Source: a virus (taxonomy: Duplodnaviria > Caudoviricetes). From it: a stretch of 64,000 nucleotides of DNA. The notes below the pieces were generated by a model. The model saw only the letters and a program-made list of their open reading frames with translations. It was not told where the DNA came from and did no database searches. Position 1 is the first letter of the stretch. Every line of letters starts with the position of its first letter. The stretch spans positions 6,263 through 70,262 of the IMG/VR virus record IMGVR_UViG_3300045391_000852. One strand, 5' to 3'. A program made the translations under genes and the position numbers. Positions 40,506 to 49,850 of this stretch are shown piece after piece.

Positions 40506-41003
40506 ATGCAAAAATATTCACTTCGTGAGTTGACGATCATTCTCGTCATTCACCTTGAGAAGAGACTATTTGAATTCGCCATGACATGCATCATGCTTGG
40601 CGAAGGCATCTTTCTCTACTTCAATGCCGCTTCGATCCGCGAGAGTGCTTTCCGTTACACCCTCGACATGCTTTCAGAAGCAACATTCATGTATCTGTTT
40701 TTTCTTTTTGGCCTGGCAAGATTGATAGCAATCATTCTCAATGGTCACTGGATGCCATGGGGCGCTATTTTCCGAATGGGAGGAGCTTTCATCGGAGCTT
40801 TGATATGGGCACAATGGTGTGCGGCGTTGTTGGTGTTGAAATCGAAGACTGGCTTGCCGCCTTCACCGGGTGTCGTAACGTACTGCGTTCTTGCACTCTT
40901 TGAAGTTGTCTCGATGTACCGGGCTTACTTAGGGGCGACGAAAGAAAATGCCAGAGAGAAACGGAACAATAGATGCGCTCAATTGGCTTTGGGAAAAAAT
41001 TAG
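40506..41003 (+). CDS. multi-pass membrane protein
   Basis: About four hydrophobic helices. Confidence 0.6.
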   Translation: MQKYSLRELTIILVIHLEKRLFEFAMTCIMLGEGIFLYFNAASIRESAFRYTLDMLSEATFMYLFFLFGLARLIAIILNGHWMPWGAIFRMGGAFIGALIWAQWCAALLVLKSKTGLPPSPGVVTYCVLALFEVVSMYRAYLGATKENAREKRNNRCAQLALGKN

Positions 41004-41394
41004 TCATCTCCCGGATGTCCCGATGCAATCCATTGCTGCTCTTATCCTTGTTGTTATCCTCGCTTTGCCGCTTTGCGTTCGCATCTGGAATAGCTGGAGT
41101 GATCTTTTTCGCCGCGATGGTGATGACCGTGAGCGTCGTCATGATCGTGACCGGAGCCGCGAGGATGATTTTGTTTACGACATTCGTAATTCGGAAATCA
41201 TCCGCCACAACCCTTGGGTCATTTCAGAATTGATCAACATTGATGCTCAAGTTCAGAACATGGTTCATATGATGACAGCGATGCGCGCAGAGCTTTCCGA
41301 AGTGAAAGCTATCGCCACCGCCGCTCGTGACAAGTCTGAACTTGTTATCCGGATGATGCGTCGGAAGCCGCCAAAGGCCGAGACAAAACGCTAA
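40948..41394 (+). CDS. membrane protein with coiled coil
   Basis: One TM, Arg/Asp-rich stretch, coiled-coil C-terminus. Confidence 0.55.
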   Translation: MPERNGTIDALNWLWEKISHLPDVPMQSIAALILVVILALPLCVRIWNSWSDLFRRDGDDRERRHDRDRSREDDFVYDIRNSEIIRHNPWVISELINIDAQVQNMVHMMTAMRAELSEVKAIATAARDKSELVIRMMRRKPPKAETKR

Positions 41395-41454
41395 GGGTAG
41401 CGATAGCATTGCTGCTGTTGCTGCCCTCCTTGGGTGTTTCCTCCCCTTAAACTT

Positions 41455-41488
41455 AAAGCCCCGGCCTCACCGCTGGGGCTTTTCTTTT
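41455..41488. terminator. bidirectional rho-independent terminator
   Basis: AAAGCCCCGG-loop-CTGGGGCTTT TCTTTT where the two gene blocks converge. Confidence 0.75.
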
Positions 41489-41877
41489 GGCGCTCGCTCT
41501 GCTGCGTCCAGTTCGATCCAAGCTTGGCCGGCAATTCCTGTGGGATAGTTCTTCGCCACCAGCTTCTTGATCAACGCAATCTCCTCAGCTGTCAAGTTCG
41601 GGTGAGCCTCGTGCTGAATTCGGAGCGCGAGGAGCCATCGCTGCGTCTTGTCTTCGCCAGACAATGTCGGCTCATCCGCATAAACCCCCAGCAATGAATT
41701 CGTCACGACGCTCCGGAGCGTGATCGGGACTGGCTTGCCATCCTTGTCGTGGAATGGCGATCCATCGATTTGCAAGAGCGGCGTCAGCGTATTGATCTCA
41801 ACTGCCTGCGCAGGCAGAGAACAAATCGCAATGAATGCTGCGTTGATGATGAATAGCTCCAAGATGATTTTCTTCAT
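41467..41877 (-). CDS. hypothetical protein with signal-peptide-like N-terminus
   Basis: MKKIILELFIINAAFIAICSLPAQA-VE. Confidence 0.6.
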   Translation of the reverse strand: MKKIILELFIINAAFIAICSLPAQAVEINTLTPLLQIDGSPFHDKDGKPVPITLRSVVTNSLLGVYADEPTLSGEDKTQRWLLALRIQHEAHPNLTAEEIALIKKLVAKNYPTGIAGQAWIELDAAERAPKEKPQR

Positions 41878-42404
41878 CACACTTTCCTTTTTCCGGGACT
41901 TGGTTTGCGGTGATAGATTTTGTCGCGTCTCGCGTTGCAATGGACAGCGCAATAAGGCTCGCCCGGTTTCGCCGGATGACCGCAATAGGTGAAATTGTCA
42001 GCACCGAAAGGCCAATGGCAGTTATGCGTCGTAAGCTCCATGAACGAAATGTGGAGTGGCGGACGGTTTGGATCAATGACCTCTTTCGGCATTGCCTTTG
42101 GCGCAAGGCGCTCGGCAGGAACATTCGCAGTTGACTTCAATGGATTTGTGAAGTTGACTGCGTGCGGATAAGAAGGAGCCTTTAGCTTACGCTTCTTTAT
42201 CGGCTTGATGACAGAGCCATTGGACTGTCGGCCTTTGAGGCGCTGTCCGAGACGATGCACAACACCAATGACTGCGTTGCGCGTGATCGTTCGATTGTAT
42301 TTCTCAAAATACATTTCAGTGATCTGAGTGGCGCTGAAAGCAGTCTTTGAAAGGATGAATTCTTTTTCTTCATCGGTGTATTTGTGTCCCAGCCTATTTG
42401 ACAT
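41877..42404 (-). CDS. gcrA: GcrA-family cell-cycle regulator
   Basis: SATQI...TRNAVIGVVHRLG N-domain; ELTTHNCHWPFG...YCG...PYCAVH C-domain. Confidence 0.88.
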   Translation of the reverse strand: MSNRLGHKYTDEEKEFILSKTAFSATQITEMYFEKYNRTITRNAVIGVVHRLGQRLKGRQSNGSVIKPIKKRKLKAPSYPHAVNFTNPLKSTANVPAERLAPKAMPKEVIDPNRPPLHISFMELTTHNCHWPFGADNFTYCGHPAKPGEPYCAVHCNARRDKIYHRKPSPGKRKV

Positions 42405-42470
42405 CTTTTCCCCGAAGGTGTTAAAGGAAAGGCGACACATCCTTCCGGGAAGTGCCGCCTTCTTAGATAA

Positions 42471-42626
42471 CTAGCCGCCGCCCTGATTGGCCTGATCGTC
42501 AGGCACCTGCTTCTCGGTGGAAGGATTTTCGGCCATATCCTTGTTCAGGGCGTCCTGCGATGGCTCCTTCGGGTTGACTGTCTTGGCGGAATTGCCATCG
42601 TCCTGAAACTTTTCGGTGTCGCTCAT
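42471..42626 (-). CDS. small acidic protein
   Basis: AAGGAG RBS before MSDTEK. Confidence 0.45.
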   Translation of the reverse strand: MSDTEKFQDDGNSAKTVNPKEPSQDALNKDMAENPSTEKQVPDDQANQGGG

Positions 42627-42690
42627 ATTTCCACTCCTTGTTTTCCCGCTACTGGATTGGAGCGGGGCATTTTTCAGCCGCTTGCTGAAA

Positions 42691-43203
42691 TCATTCACCA
42701 TCATCATTGATGGCGGAACCTTCGCGATGATCTTCGTGCTCCTCCCGGCGCGACCGCAAGAATTGCGGAACGTCAGCGGATGGGTGACCATCCCCCGGCT
42801 GTTCCTCCGGTGCACCGCGCGAAGGAAGGCTCTGGGCTGCGAATTTTTTGCTGTCCCGGATACCATCCAGTATCAGATTAGCTGCCGCCGACATCATGGT
42901 TTCGAGCGAAGCGGCATATTTCACATAGCGGTCGAGCGCTCCAATAGCATCTTCGTGCTGTTGCTTGTAGAAATCTCGCTCGGCCTTTGTTTGAGCGATC
43001 TGCGCTGCCGCATCCCGCTTCACCCGTTCGATCCCATCTTCCAGATCGTGGTTACGGGCGGTCAGCATATCAACCTGACCCTTCATTGTGTTGTAGTTGT
43101 TCGCCGCTTCTTGAAGCGGGTTGTTGTGCTCAATCTCCGGGAGAGGATGAGGCCGCTGCACAACTGCAGTTTGCTGCCTCCTCAAGGGAAGGGGAAGTGA
43201 CAT
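42691..43203 (-). CDS. coiled-coil protein
   Basis: Heptad-rich central region. Confidence 0.6.
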   Translation of the reverse strand: MSLPLPLRRQQTAVVQRPHPLPEIEHNNPLQEAANNYNTMKGQVDMLTARNHDLEDGIERVKRDAAAQIAQTKAERDFYKQQHEDAIGALDRYVKYAASLETMMSAAANLILDGIRDSKKFAAQSLPSRGAPEEQPGDGHPSADVPQFLRSRREEHEDHREGSAINDDGE

Positions 43204-43216
43204 TTCAAATTCCTTT

Positions 43217-43543
43217 TCAAGATGTTTGTTTCGTCAGCATTCGATATTCGACGCCGCCGCGTCCACCACCACGCTTTTCGATACGGCGGCGACCATCGTT
43301 CTTTTCCAGCTTCTTGCGGATTGATTCCATCGTCACACGGATTGATCCGCGCGCATTGATGGGCCACAAACTGTCGATCATGCCGTATTCAGACTGAACC
43401 AACGCGGCTGTCGTCACCCAACCTGTCCGTCCCTTCATGATGTTGAAGAGACGGGTTTCAAGCGGCGACAGCTTTACGTTTGGTTCACTCTTAGGTGCTG
43501 TGGAGGCCAAAGTAGTTTTCCTTATTTTCGCGCGTCTTCTCAA
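43217..43543 (-). CDS. putative winged-helix DNA-binding protein
   Basis: LSPLETRLFNIM...SIRVTMESIRKKL...GRGGVEYRM. Confidence 0.55.
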   Translation of the reverse strand: MRRRAKIRKTTLASTAPKSEPNVKLSPLETRLFNIMKGRTGWVTTAALVQSEYGMIDSLWPINARGSIRVTMESIRKKLEKNDGRRRIEKRGGGRGGVEYRMLTKQTS

Positions 43544-44009
43544 TTTTGAGCTTCAGCTTCTGAGACTTGATGACGCCGGCAACACCCTTCATGACCATCA
43601 TGAGAGGCCCTTTGTAATCCTTCCGGGCCTCGCCATAAGTTGCCTTCATCAAAGATGTGATGGACAGCTGTTGGCCGAGATGCTTTTCCATATACTTGAA
43701 AAGCTTGTCGCGGTTGGAGCCAGGACGGACAGCCTCGCCATCCTTCTTCTCGCGTGGCGCCTTCGCAGCTTTTGGCGTCTTGGCGGCCTTCGGCTTCTTG
43801 GCCTTCGGTTCCTTCTTAAGCGCTCGCTTCTTCGGATTGACGCTGTCCGGAGGATCAATGCCCAAGATTGCTGCTGTTCGCCGGAGCGCCGCAGGGCGAT
43901 CTGAGAAGCGCTTGACGGTCGGCTTGCCGTCTGTTGCTGCCTTCTCGTTGTAGGCTGCGAGGAGCGCGGCACCGTCCATTTCATTGAGTTGAGCAGTTGT
44001 GATTGACAT
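43491..44009 (-). CDS. basic DNA-binding protein with histone H1-like linker
   Basis: KKEPKAKKPKAAKTPKAAKAP repeat between two folded domains. Confidence 0.65.
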   Translation of the reverse strand: MSITTAQLNEMDGAALLAAYNEKAATDGKPTVKRFSDRPAALRRTAAILGIDPPDSVNPKKRALKKEPKAKKPKAAKTPKAAKAPREKKDGEAVRPGSNRDKLFKYMEKHLGQQLSITSLMKATYGEARKDYKGPLMMVMKGVAGVIKSQKLKLKIEKTRENKENYFGLHST

Positions 44010-44058
44010 GATTTATGTCTCGCTTTCTGGTTTGGTTGAGTTAATCTGAAGCGCAAAG

Positions 44059-44084
44059 GAAAGAAAAGAATTTTGTTCAGTCAA
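44059..44084 (-). promoter_or_regulatory. repeated promoter-like motif
   Basis: TTGACT GAACAAAATT CTTTTCTTTC upstream of 43491-44009. Confidence 0.55.
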
Positions 44085-44317
44085 CTGACGGTTGTATCAG
44101 TTCTCCGGACAAAATTCATAATGTCATTGATGGCTGTGTTTGCTGTACTTGAAGGCCAGCTATTGTCGTATTTTTCTCCAGTCATCTCTGCGGCCTCTTC
44201 AAATAATGTTTCCCATGTTGCGCCGGGATATGGCCGGAGGCCATACTGCATCATTCGAAGAGCGCCGATGAGTTTGGCGGCTTTGCAGACTGTCGAGCTT
44301 CGAATATATTCACTCAT
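44081..44317 (-). CDS. hypothetical protein
   Basis: 78 aa ORF, overlap coupling. Confidence 0.55.
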   Translation of the reverse strand: MSEYIRSSTVCKAAKLIGALRMMQYGLRPYPGATWETLFEEAAEMTGEKYDNSWPSSTANTAINDIMNFVRRTDTTVS

Positions 44318-44523
44318 TTCTCAGCATTCCTTTCTGCGAATGATAAGGCAACACGAATTGCTGTGATGGCCTTATCTAGTTTCTTCGCCATCTTCCTGTG
44401 GAGAGAGCGCTCACGCGATCCCTCCGGACTTTCATCACGCATTGAGGCATGCTCATCGAGCCTTTCGCAAAGCTCATCATCTGCCTTATTTAGCCTCTCG
44501 CGCGTGACTTCAAAGGTGTTCAT
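44314..44523 (-). CDS. hypothetical protein
   Basis: 69 aa helical ORF. Confidence 0.55.
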   Translation of the reverse strand: MNTFEVTRERLNKADDELCERLDEHASMRDESPEGSRERSLHRKMAKKLDKAITAIRVALSFAERNAEK

Positions 44524-44530
44524 TGTCTTC

Positions 44531-44800
44531 TCACTTTCTGGAAAGCTTCTCCCGGATCACAAACTCATGACCGCAGGAACGAAGCACTGCATTCATCGAT
44601 GCAAATTGCGGCCGCTTCGTCGTGCCGCCGAACCAATTTCCGAGAGTGCCGGCAGACACGCCGCTGTCCTCGGAAATCTTCGTGTAGGTCTTCTGGCTCT
44701 TTTGAACCACAGTCCGGACCTGATCAATGATTGGGTCCTTGTCGCGAAACACATACGACTTGTAGAGCCGCAGAGGTCCGGTCTTTTTACCTTTAGCCAT
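44531..44800 (-). CDS. XRE-like helix-turn-helix protein
   Basis: TYTKISEDSGVSAGTLGNWFGGTTKRPQ. Confidence 0.75.
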   Translation of the reverse strand: MAKGKKTGPLRLYKSYVFRDKDPIIDQVRTVVQKSQKTYTKISEDSGVSAGTLGNWFGGTTKRPQFASMNAVLRSCGHEFVIREKLSRK

Positions 44801-44803
44801 GCT

Positions 44804-45175
44804 TTATCCCTTTCGCTTGTTGATCATGAAGAAGACGCCTTTGGCCTTTGGCTTCTTCCTAAGAACTTTCATTGTGACGAGTTTGTTGACGACTTGAGAT
44901 GTCGTCAATGGCGATTTTCCGAGTGACACCAAGATGGTCTTGACGTCTGGTGACGTCACAATCTGGCCATTCTTGAAGCGCTCGGAAAGCGAAGCTGCGA
45001 CCATATCAGCTACGCTCCCATCGCTCTTTGCCTCGACGCCACCGCCCTTTCTGGGCTTTGCGTTGACGACAGGCGTGACATCGAGATTGAAGATTTTGAA
45101 TTTCAGAAGGTCGCGCCGGACCATCCCAACATTCTTGTCCTCAATGAGGAATTCAACTCTGGTGAGGTCTGTCAT
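44804..45175 (-). CDS. putative HTH protein
   Basis: C-terminal winged-helix-like segment. Confidence 0.5.
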   Translation of the reverse strand: MTDLTRVEFLIEDKNVGMVRRDLLKFKIFNLDVTPVVNAKPRKGGGVEAKSDGSVADMVAASLSERFKNGQIVTSPDVKTILVSLGKSPLTTSQVVNKLVTMKVLRKKPKAKGVFFMINKRKG

Positions 45176-45184
45176 TGCTTCTCC

Positions 45185-45439
45185 TTATTGAAGGTAAACG
45201 AGGTCATCAAGCTGCCCAATCTTTTCGATGGTCACATCCTTGATGTATTCTCCGTGGTGGTACCGCGCGAAAGCGGCTCGCGCGAGGTCTTCTGTTGGAG
45301 CCACACAAAGATAAGGCGGCATCTGGACATTCTCTTCCCAGTGAGAAAAGTCACTGTCCATTCCACCAAATGCTGGTGTTCTATGTGCCTTGCGATCCTT
45401 GTATTGGATGCACCAGACAGAATAATCACAGGCTCTCAT
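45185..45439 (-). CDS. hypothetical protein
   Basis: 84 aa ORF, overlap coupling. Confidence 0.5.
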   Translation of the reverse strand: MRACDYSVWCIQYKDRKAHRTPAFGGMDSDFSHWEENVQMPPYLCVAPTEDLARAAFARYHHGEYIKDVTIEKIGQLDDLVYLQ

Positions 45440-45765
45440 TTCTTTTCCTCGCTCAATTCGCCGGAAGCGATGCTGTTATATTCAATCATCTTCTTCCGGG
45501 TATCATCCACATATTTCTCGAAACCATTCATGACGCTCGGCTCAAGAAATACTTCATGGTCACCCATCATTCCACGCGGCGCTCGGAGCTTGAATTGGAA
45601 ACCATCATATGACGCGAAGAGCCCATCGCCCAAAAAGATTTCCTGAGTGATGTTCGCGCGAAGAGAGGCGAGACGTTCCTGCTTCTCTTCGCCTGCTTGA
45701 GTTGCTGTCTTGTCATTCATGTTAATCCACCCGATAAGTTTTCTTGATGATACCAAGGCGGTCAT
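45436..45765 (-). CDS. hypothetical protein
   Basis: FLGDGLFASYDGFQFKLRA; start probably near 45720. Confidence 0.55.
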   Translation of the reverse strand: MTALVSSRKLIGWINMNDKTATQAGEEKQERLASLRANITQEIFLGDGLFASYDGFQFKLRAPRGMMGDHEVFLEPSVMNGFEKYVDDTRKKMIEYNSIASGELSEEKK

Positions 45766-46714
45766 CGCCTCGGTGGTGATCTTTCACAGGAACAATCCTT
45801 TTGATTGTTCCATCTTCATTCCGGAGCTTCCGGAGATGGCCACGAACGTCATGACCTTTCTTACGAGCTTGGGTGATTGCGCGAAGCGCCACCTTCTCGA
45901 CAGTCTGCCGGGCACCCAACTTCAAATCCAGAATTTTGTGTTCCAGATTGAAGAGAGGTTTCCCATTGAACATCGGCTCCGGCGTGCCTGACCAAACGCT
46001 ATCTGAAATCGTCCGGGAGATGCCGGACTTTTCCTGCTCCGACGAATTCAGCGCGACAAGGAAGCCAAAGACATGGCGAAGCTCGCCTGCCAACTCTTCC
46101 AGCATCATTCGATCTGACTTGGACCATTCGTGATGAGCATTGTCTGTATGATCGTGAATGATCTCAGCACGAAAGCAGTTGGTGTGCGTTCCGAAAGCAT
46201 AACGATCAACAAAGTTCTTTTCGGTCGCAGTCAGTGTCAATTTCATGTCAGCCTGTGACGTCCAGCACCAAGAGAATTGAGGGCTGATCCATTTTCCATC
46301 AATCATACAGTGATATGTCATGATGTGAAGTTGGAGGTCGCGATTTCCTGCAATTCCGGCAGGGCCATGACCAGTTTGGATAAGCCAACCAACCCGGTCG
46401 ATGATGTCACCGTGGCCGGCAGGATCACCAACAAGTTGAACATCGCCGCGAGAGCGAGTGCGCTTAAGCCTCGCAGAATTGTCGAATTCGATCCATGTGA
46501 TTGGATATGGCGGGATAGCCATGGTGCAGGCCGCGTCCATGTCCTTCGATACAGCCACAGAAAAATCCGAAATCATCGCGGATGTCTTCTCATTCAAGAC
46601 AAAGCGCTGCGCCTTCCGGAGCACATCCCGGAGGTCGCGTGGCTTCACCTTGTGCTTAGCCATCTGCACTGAATCGAAGGTTGCAGCCTGCACCTCATCA
46701 ATGAGGTACTTCAT
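45722..46714 (-). CDS. hypothetical protein (330 aa)
   Basis: Long ORF; HDVRGHLR...VKDHHRG C-terminal motif seen in phage proteins. Confidence 0.75.
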   Translation of the reverse strand: MKYLIDEVQAATFDSVQMAKHKVKPRDLRDVLRKAQRFVLNEKTSAMISDFSVAVSKDMDAACTMAIPPYPITWIEFDNSARLKRTRSRGDVQLVGDPAGHGDIIDRVGWLIQTGHGPAGIAGNRDLQLHIMTYHCMIDGKWISPQFSWCWTSQADMKLTLTATEKNFVDRYAFGTHTNCFRAEIIHDHTDNAHHEWSKSDRMMLEELAGELRHVFGFLVALNSSEQEKSGISRTISDSVWSGTPEPMFNGKPLFNLEHKILDLKLGARQTVEKVALRAITQARKKGHDVRGHLRKLRNEDGTIKRIVPVKDHHRGDDRLGIIKKTYRVD

Positions 46715-46868
46715 TCCTTCTTCTCCCGTTCTGATTTCTTCAATTGATCGATCCTGCTGTATGCTTTCTCTTCGGAAGAGACAGTGTCAACAGGCGTTCC
46801 ATTGAGAACGATCTGAAAATCATTCAGAGAGATTTGGTTGATGTGATATCCGCGATAAATGAGTTTCT

Positions 46869-47339
46869 TCATTTGGCACTCCTGTTTGAATGGCCCAAGA
46901 TGTAGCTCGGCCTTCTCGCATCGTTCGGTGGACAAACAGCAATGAGCCGCCATCCATCATCGAGAAAACCTTGGAGCTTGTCAGTGCAGCAATCCTCCTC
47001 GACGCGGACACGCTCCACCTGCATCAATCCAATGTTGGCAACAGAGATGTTATAGACCGACTGTGCCGGGTTGACAGTTGGCGTCGCAACACCACTGATG
47101 CGAGACATGTGGACTTCAACATCTGCGATCTCAGTCCATGCTGTGGCCTCCTCAGCATCAATGATATAATCATTGAAGTAAGGAAACTTGTCAGCATCAA
47201 ATGTTGAACGATCCTCCGGGAGTAAATCACGAAGCCTCGATTTGACGCCATCCCGGAGCCGCGCGTAATTAGTGTCGCTCAATTCAGAAATCTTCTTTGC
47301 GCTGCCATATCCCAGCTTCGCATTGCACAAAAAGCTCAT
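46869..47339 (-). CDS. hypothetical protein
   Basis: 156 aa ORF, overlap coupling. Confidence 0.6.
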   Translation of the reverse strand: MSFLCNAKLGYGSAKKISELSDTNYARLRDGVKSRLRDLLPEDRSTFDADKFPYFNDYIIDAEEATAWTEIADVEVHMSRISGVATPTVNPAQSVYNISVANIGLMQVERVRVEEDCCTDKLQGFLDDGWRLIAVCPPNDARRPSYILGHSNRSAK

Positions 47340-47557
47340 GCTTCCTCCTTCATCTTTTCCTTGGCGCCAGCGATCCGTCCCGAATGTGGCAGCTTGTAGC
47401 GCTCCGGATTGATCTTTTCATGGCAAGGCTTTCCGACTGCCGCGCCGCAAAATGGGCAAGCTACGATATAGAACTTGCTTGGCTTGCCAATTTCAAGACC
47501 ATGGCGCTCGCGATAAGCCTTCGTATCACTCGTCAAAATTGCCTCCATTAATTTCAT
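47336..47557 (-). CDS. zinc-finger protein
   Basis: CPFCGAAVGKPC...HSGR. Confidence 0.55.
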   Translation of the reverse strand: MKLMEAILTSDTKAYRERHGLEIGKPSKFYIVACPFCGAAVGKPCHEKINPERYKLPHSGRIAGAKEKMKEEA

Positions 47558-48437
47558 CGATCATGTCAGTCATGACCTGTTTGTCATGGACCTCTTCCAG
47601 CAGCGCCGCGTCCCATTTCTTTTCATCCCGGATGCCTTTGACGGCTCCTTCAATGAGGTTCTGGATCACGCTCGGCTCCAATGCGTCAAGCTCCCAAGAC
47701 AGATCACCGAACTTACGTTGATAGACTTCAAAGCGAACGTCTGTCACCTTCGCCGGGTTTGGCGGCGGGTTGTACTGCTCGATTTGGTTCATGTTGAGGC
47801 CGAGACGGACAACTTGAACCGGCGTGCCAGCAAACATAGAAAGACGCTCCGCATTGTCGCGCGTCATGTCAATCCCGGAAGGATCATGATCACCGAAATG
47901 AAAAATGATTGGGCGCTGCCCTTTGTGGACATAACGAGCCATGCGTTGACCGGCACGCCATTGCTCACTTTGGGAAACGTACCCGCGACAAGCGAAGAAA
48001 TCGACGCGAAGTTTATTGCACATCTGCCCAACGACATCTGAGAGAGCTTCTTTCTCAACCCAGACCTCCGGACGAAAAGCTTGATCTTCCCACAAGTCCT
48101 TCCGGTACTTGTCTCTGGCTTCTTCCAAAGCCTTCTCAGGACCAGTGTAAGTGTGAAGGCCCATCAGGTTTCGCGTGCGATCCTCGATGGAGGTCCATGA
48201 GATGAGACCGGCGAGACGCCCATCATTGACGAGTGATCCAAGTTGATCATAAGAGCGCTTCGAATTCTCGATCAATCCGCGAGCGACATGCTGGTAATAC
48301 AACTGACGAAGCGTCAGCGAGTATCCCTGCATCTCGTACTCGTATATGATCTGGTTGGCCTGCTCGATTTTGGCGAGCGTATCCGGACGGAAATTCTTCT
48401 CAATATATGCCCGGTAATGGCCGCGATCATTAGACAT
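47526..48437 (-). CDS. Spo11/Topo VI-A-like protein (Mini-A type)
   Basis: TLRQLYY winged-helix Tyr motif; Toprim VWVEKEAL and HFGDHDPSG. Confidence 0.75.
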   Translation of the reverse strand: MSNDRGHYRAYIEKNFRPDTLAKIEQANQIIYEYEMQGYSLTLRQLYYQHVARGLIENSKRSYDQLGSLVNDGRLAGLISWTSIEDRTRNLMGLHTYTGPEKALEEARDKYRKDLWEDQAFRPEVWVEKEALSDVVGQMCNKLRVDFFACRGYVSQSEQWRAGQRMARYVHKGQRPIIFHFGDHDPSGIDMTRDNAERLSMFAGTPVQVVRLGLNMNQIEQYNPPPNPAKVTDVRFEVYQRKFGDLSWELDALEPSVIQNLIEGAVKGIRDEKKWDAALLEEVHDKQVMTDMIDEINGGNFDE

Positions 48438-48816
48438 CAATAGTCCTCCAAACATAGAGCGCAATATCGCGCGAGACGAAATCAGAGCCAAGACGATATT
48501 GGAATTCAATGTCCCGACCTTCATTCCAATAAATGTGAAGCCAGAACTGACCGTTCACCATTTTGCGATAAACACTTCCCTCTGATGCCTTCGCGGAAGC
48601 TTCAGCCATCTCGAAAGTTTCTTCATCATGTTTCAATGGCGGATTGTTTATCATGTCGATAGCATCACAAGCCATCTTGGCGAGAGATGAATTTGTGAAC
48701 ACTGCAATCCGATTATGCGGCGCAGAAAGAGGTCCGACATAATCAGAACTTTCTGTGTCGCCGCGATAAACAGCCGCGCCGCCAATTTTGGCTTGAACCC
48801 ATTTTGGTTTTCTCAC
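48430..48816 (-). CDS. hypothetical protein
   Basis: 128 aa ORF, overlap coupling. Confidence 0.55.
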   Translation of the reverse strand: MRKPKWVQAKIGGAAVYRGDTESSDYVGPLSAPHNRIAVFTNSSLAKMACDAIDMINNPPLKHDEETFEMAEASAKASEGSVYRKMVNGQFWLHIYWNEGRDIEFQYRLGSDFVSRDIALYVWRTIDV

Positions 48817-49850
48817 TTCAACCTCCTCGTTTCACCACGATCCTTCATCTGCTGATCAATCGAGATGTCCTGACCTCGATCATATCCCTGAGCGAAGTAA
48901 GATGACGATTGACGAGCTTCACGCGCAGTTGGAGCACGATAGCGATAGGAGCTTCCCCGGCGCTCGCGGGCACGTTCCTTAGCCTTCTCCTTAGCACGTT
49001 CTTTCGCTGCTTCCTTCGCAGCCTCTTCCGGGTTTGCAGCTGCCCACTGGGTGTAGGCTTCTTCTGCCGCCTTATCAGCTGCCGCTTGTGCTGCCCGGCG
49101 CTCGCTGTCTTCCTTCTCGTATTCAGCATTGCGCTGCTCTTTCCGCGCCCATGCACCTTCCCCATAGAGAAAGTCATAGTTGGCTGCTTCCTCGCTCTTC
49201 ACCACATCCGCGATTGTCAGCGTTGTGGCGAGCGAAACGCCGGCACGTGCCGCACGTACCCGGTCGGCCTCGGCTTTGTCATGCCTCTTCTTCTCTGCCG
49301 CTTTCATCTCGCGGCGCTTGGCATCCAACTTGTACCAGACGGCATCAGCCATTCCCTCGCGATATGCGACAGCTTCACGCGAGAAGAATTGCGAAGCTGA
49401 CGGGAAACGTTCGCGGCAAAGTCGCTCAATCGTTCCCTGTATATATTCACCCATAACTTTGGTCGCAGTTGTATTGACAACGCGACCAACAAGACGATGT
49501 TTGAAAGACCAACTCCTGCCACGATACTTTTCCTTGTTCCTTTCTCTTGTTACAAAGTAGTAACAAAAATTGAGGCGAGCGATCTGACCCCAAAGCTCGC
49601 GCTCATACTGATACATCCCGCCACGAATGCGGGCATCCTCGCGCTTCCCGGAGCCAGAATTGCCTTGCTCCAGAACGGTCATATCCAAATTGTAGGCAGT
49701 CAGCAATTCCTGCGCCTTTGCGGCCGCAGCAGCAGCTTCATGTTCATTCGGATTTTTCGCAGCCAGATTGAGAAGACGCTGAACCTTCTCAATCACCCGA
49801 TCCATGTTGATTTGCTCGGCTGTCTTGGCTTCTTCCTCGACTGGCTTCAT
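48813..49850 (-). CDS. DUF2786-domain protein
   Basis: VIEKVQRLLNLAAKNPNEHEAAAAAAKAQELL. Confidence 0.75.
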   Translation of the reverse strand: MKPVEEEAKTAEQINMDRVIEKVQRLLNLAAKNPNEHEAAAAAAKAQELLTAYNLDMTVLEQGNSGSGKREDARIRGGMYQYERELWGQIARLNFCYYFVTRERNKEKYRGRSWSFKHRLVGRVVNTTATKVMGEYIQGTIERLCRERFPSASQFFSREAVAYREGMADAVWYKLDAKRREMKAAEKKRHDKAEADRVRAARAGVSLATTLTIADVVKSEEAANYDFLYGEGAWARKEQRNAEYEKEDSERRAAQAAADKAAEEAYTQWAAANPEEAAKEAAKERAKEKAKERARERRGSSYRYRAPTAREARQSSSYFAQGYDRGQDISIDQQMKDRGETRRLK

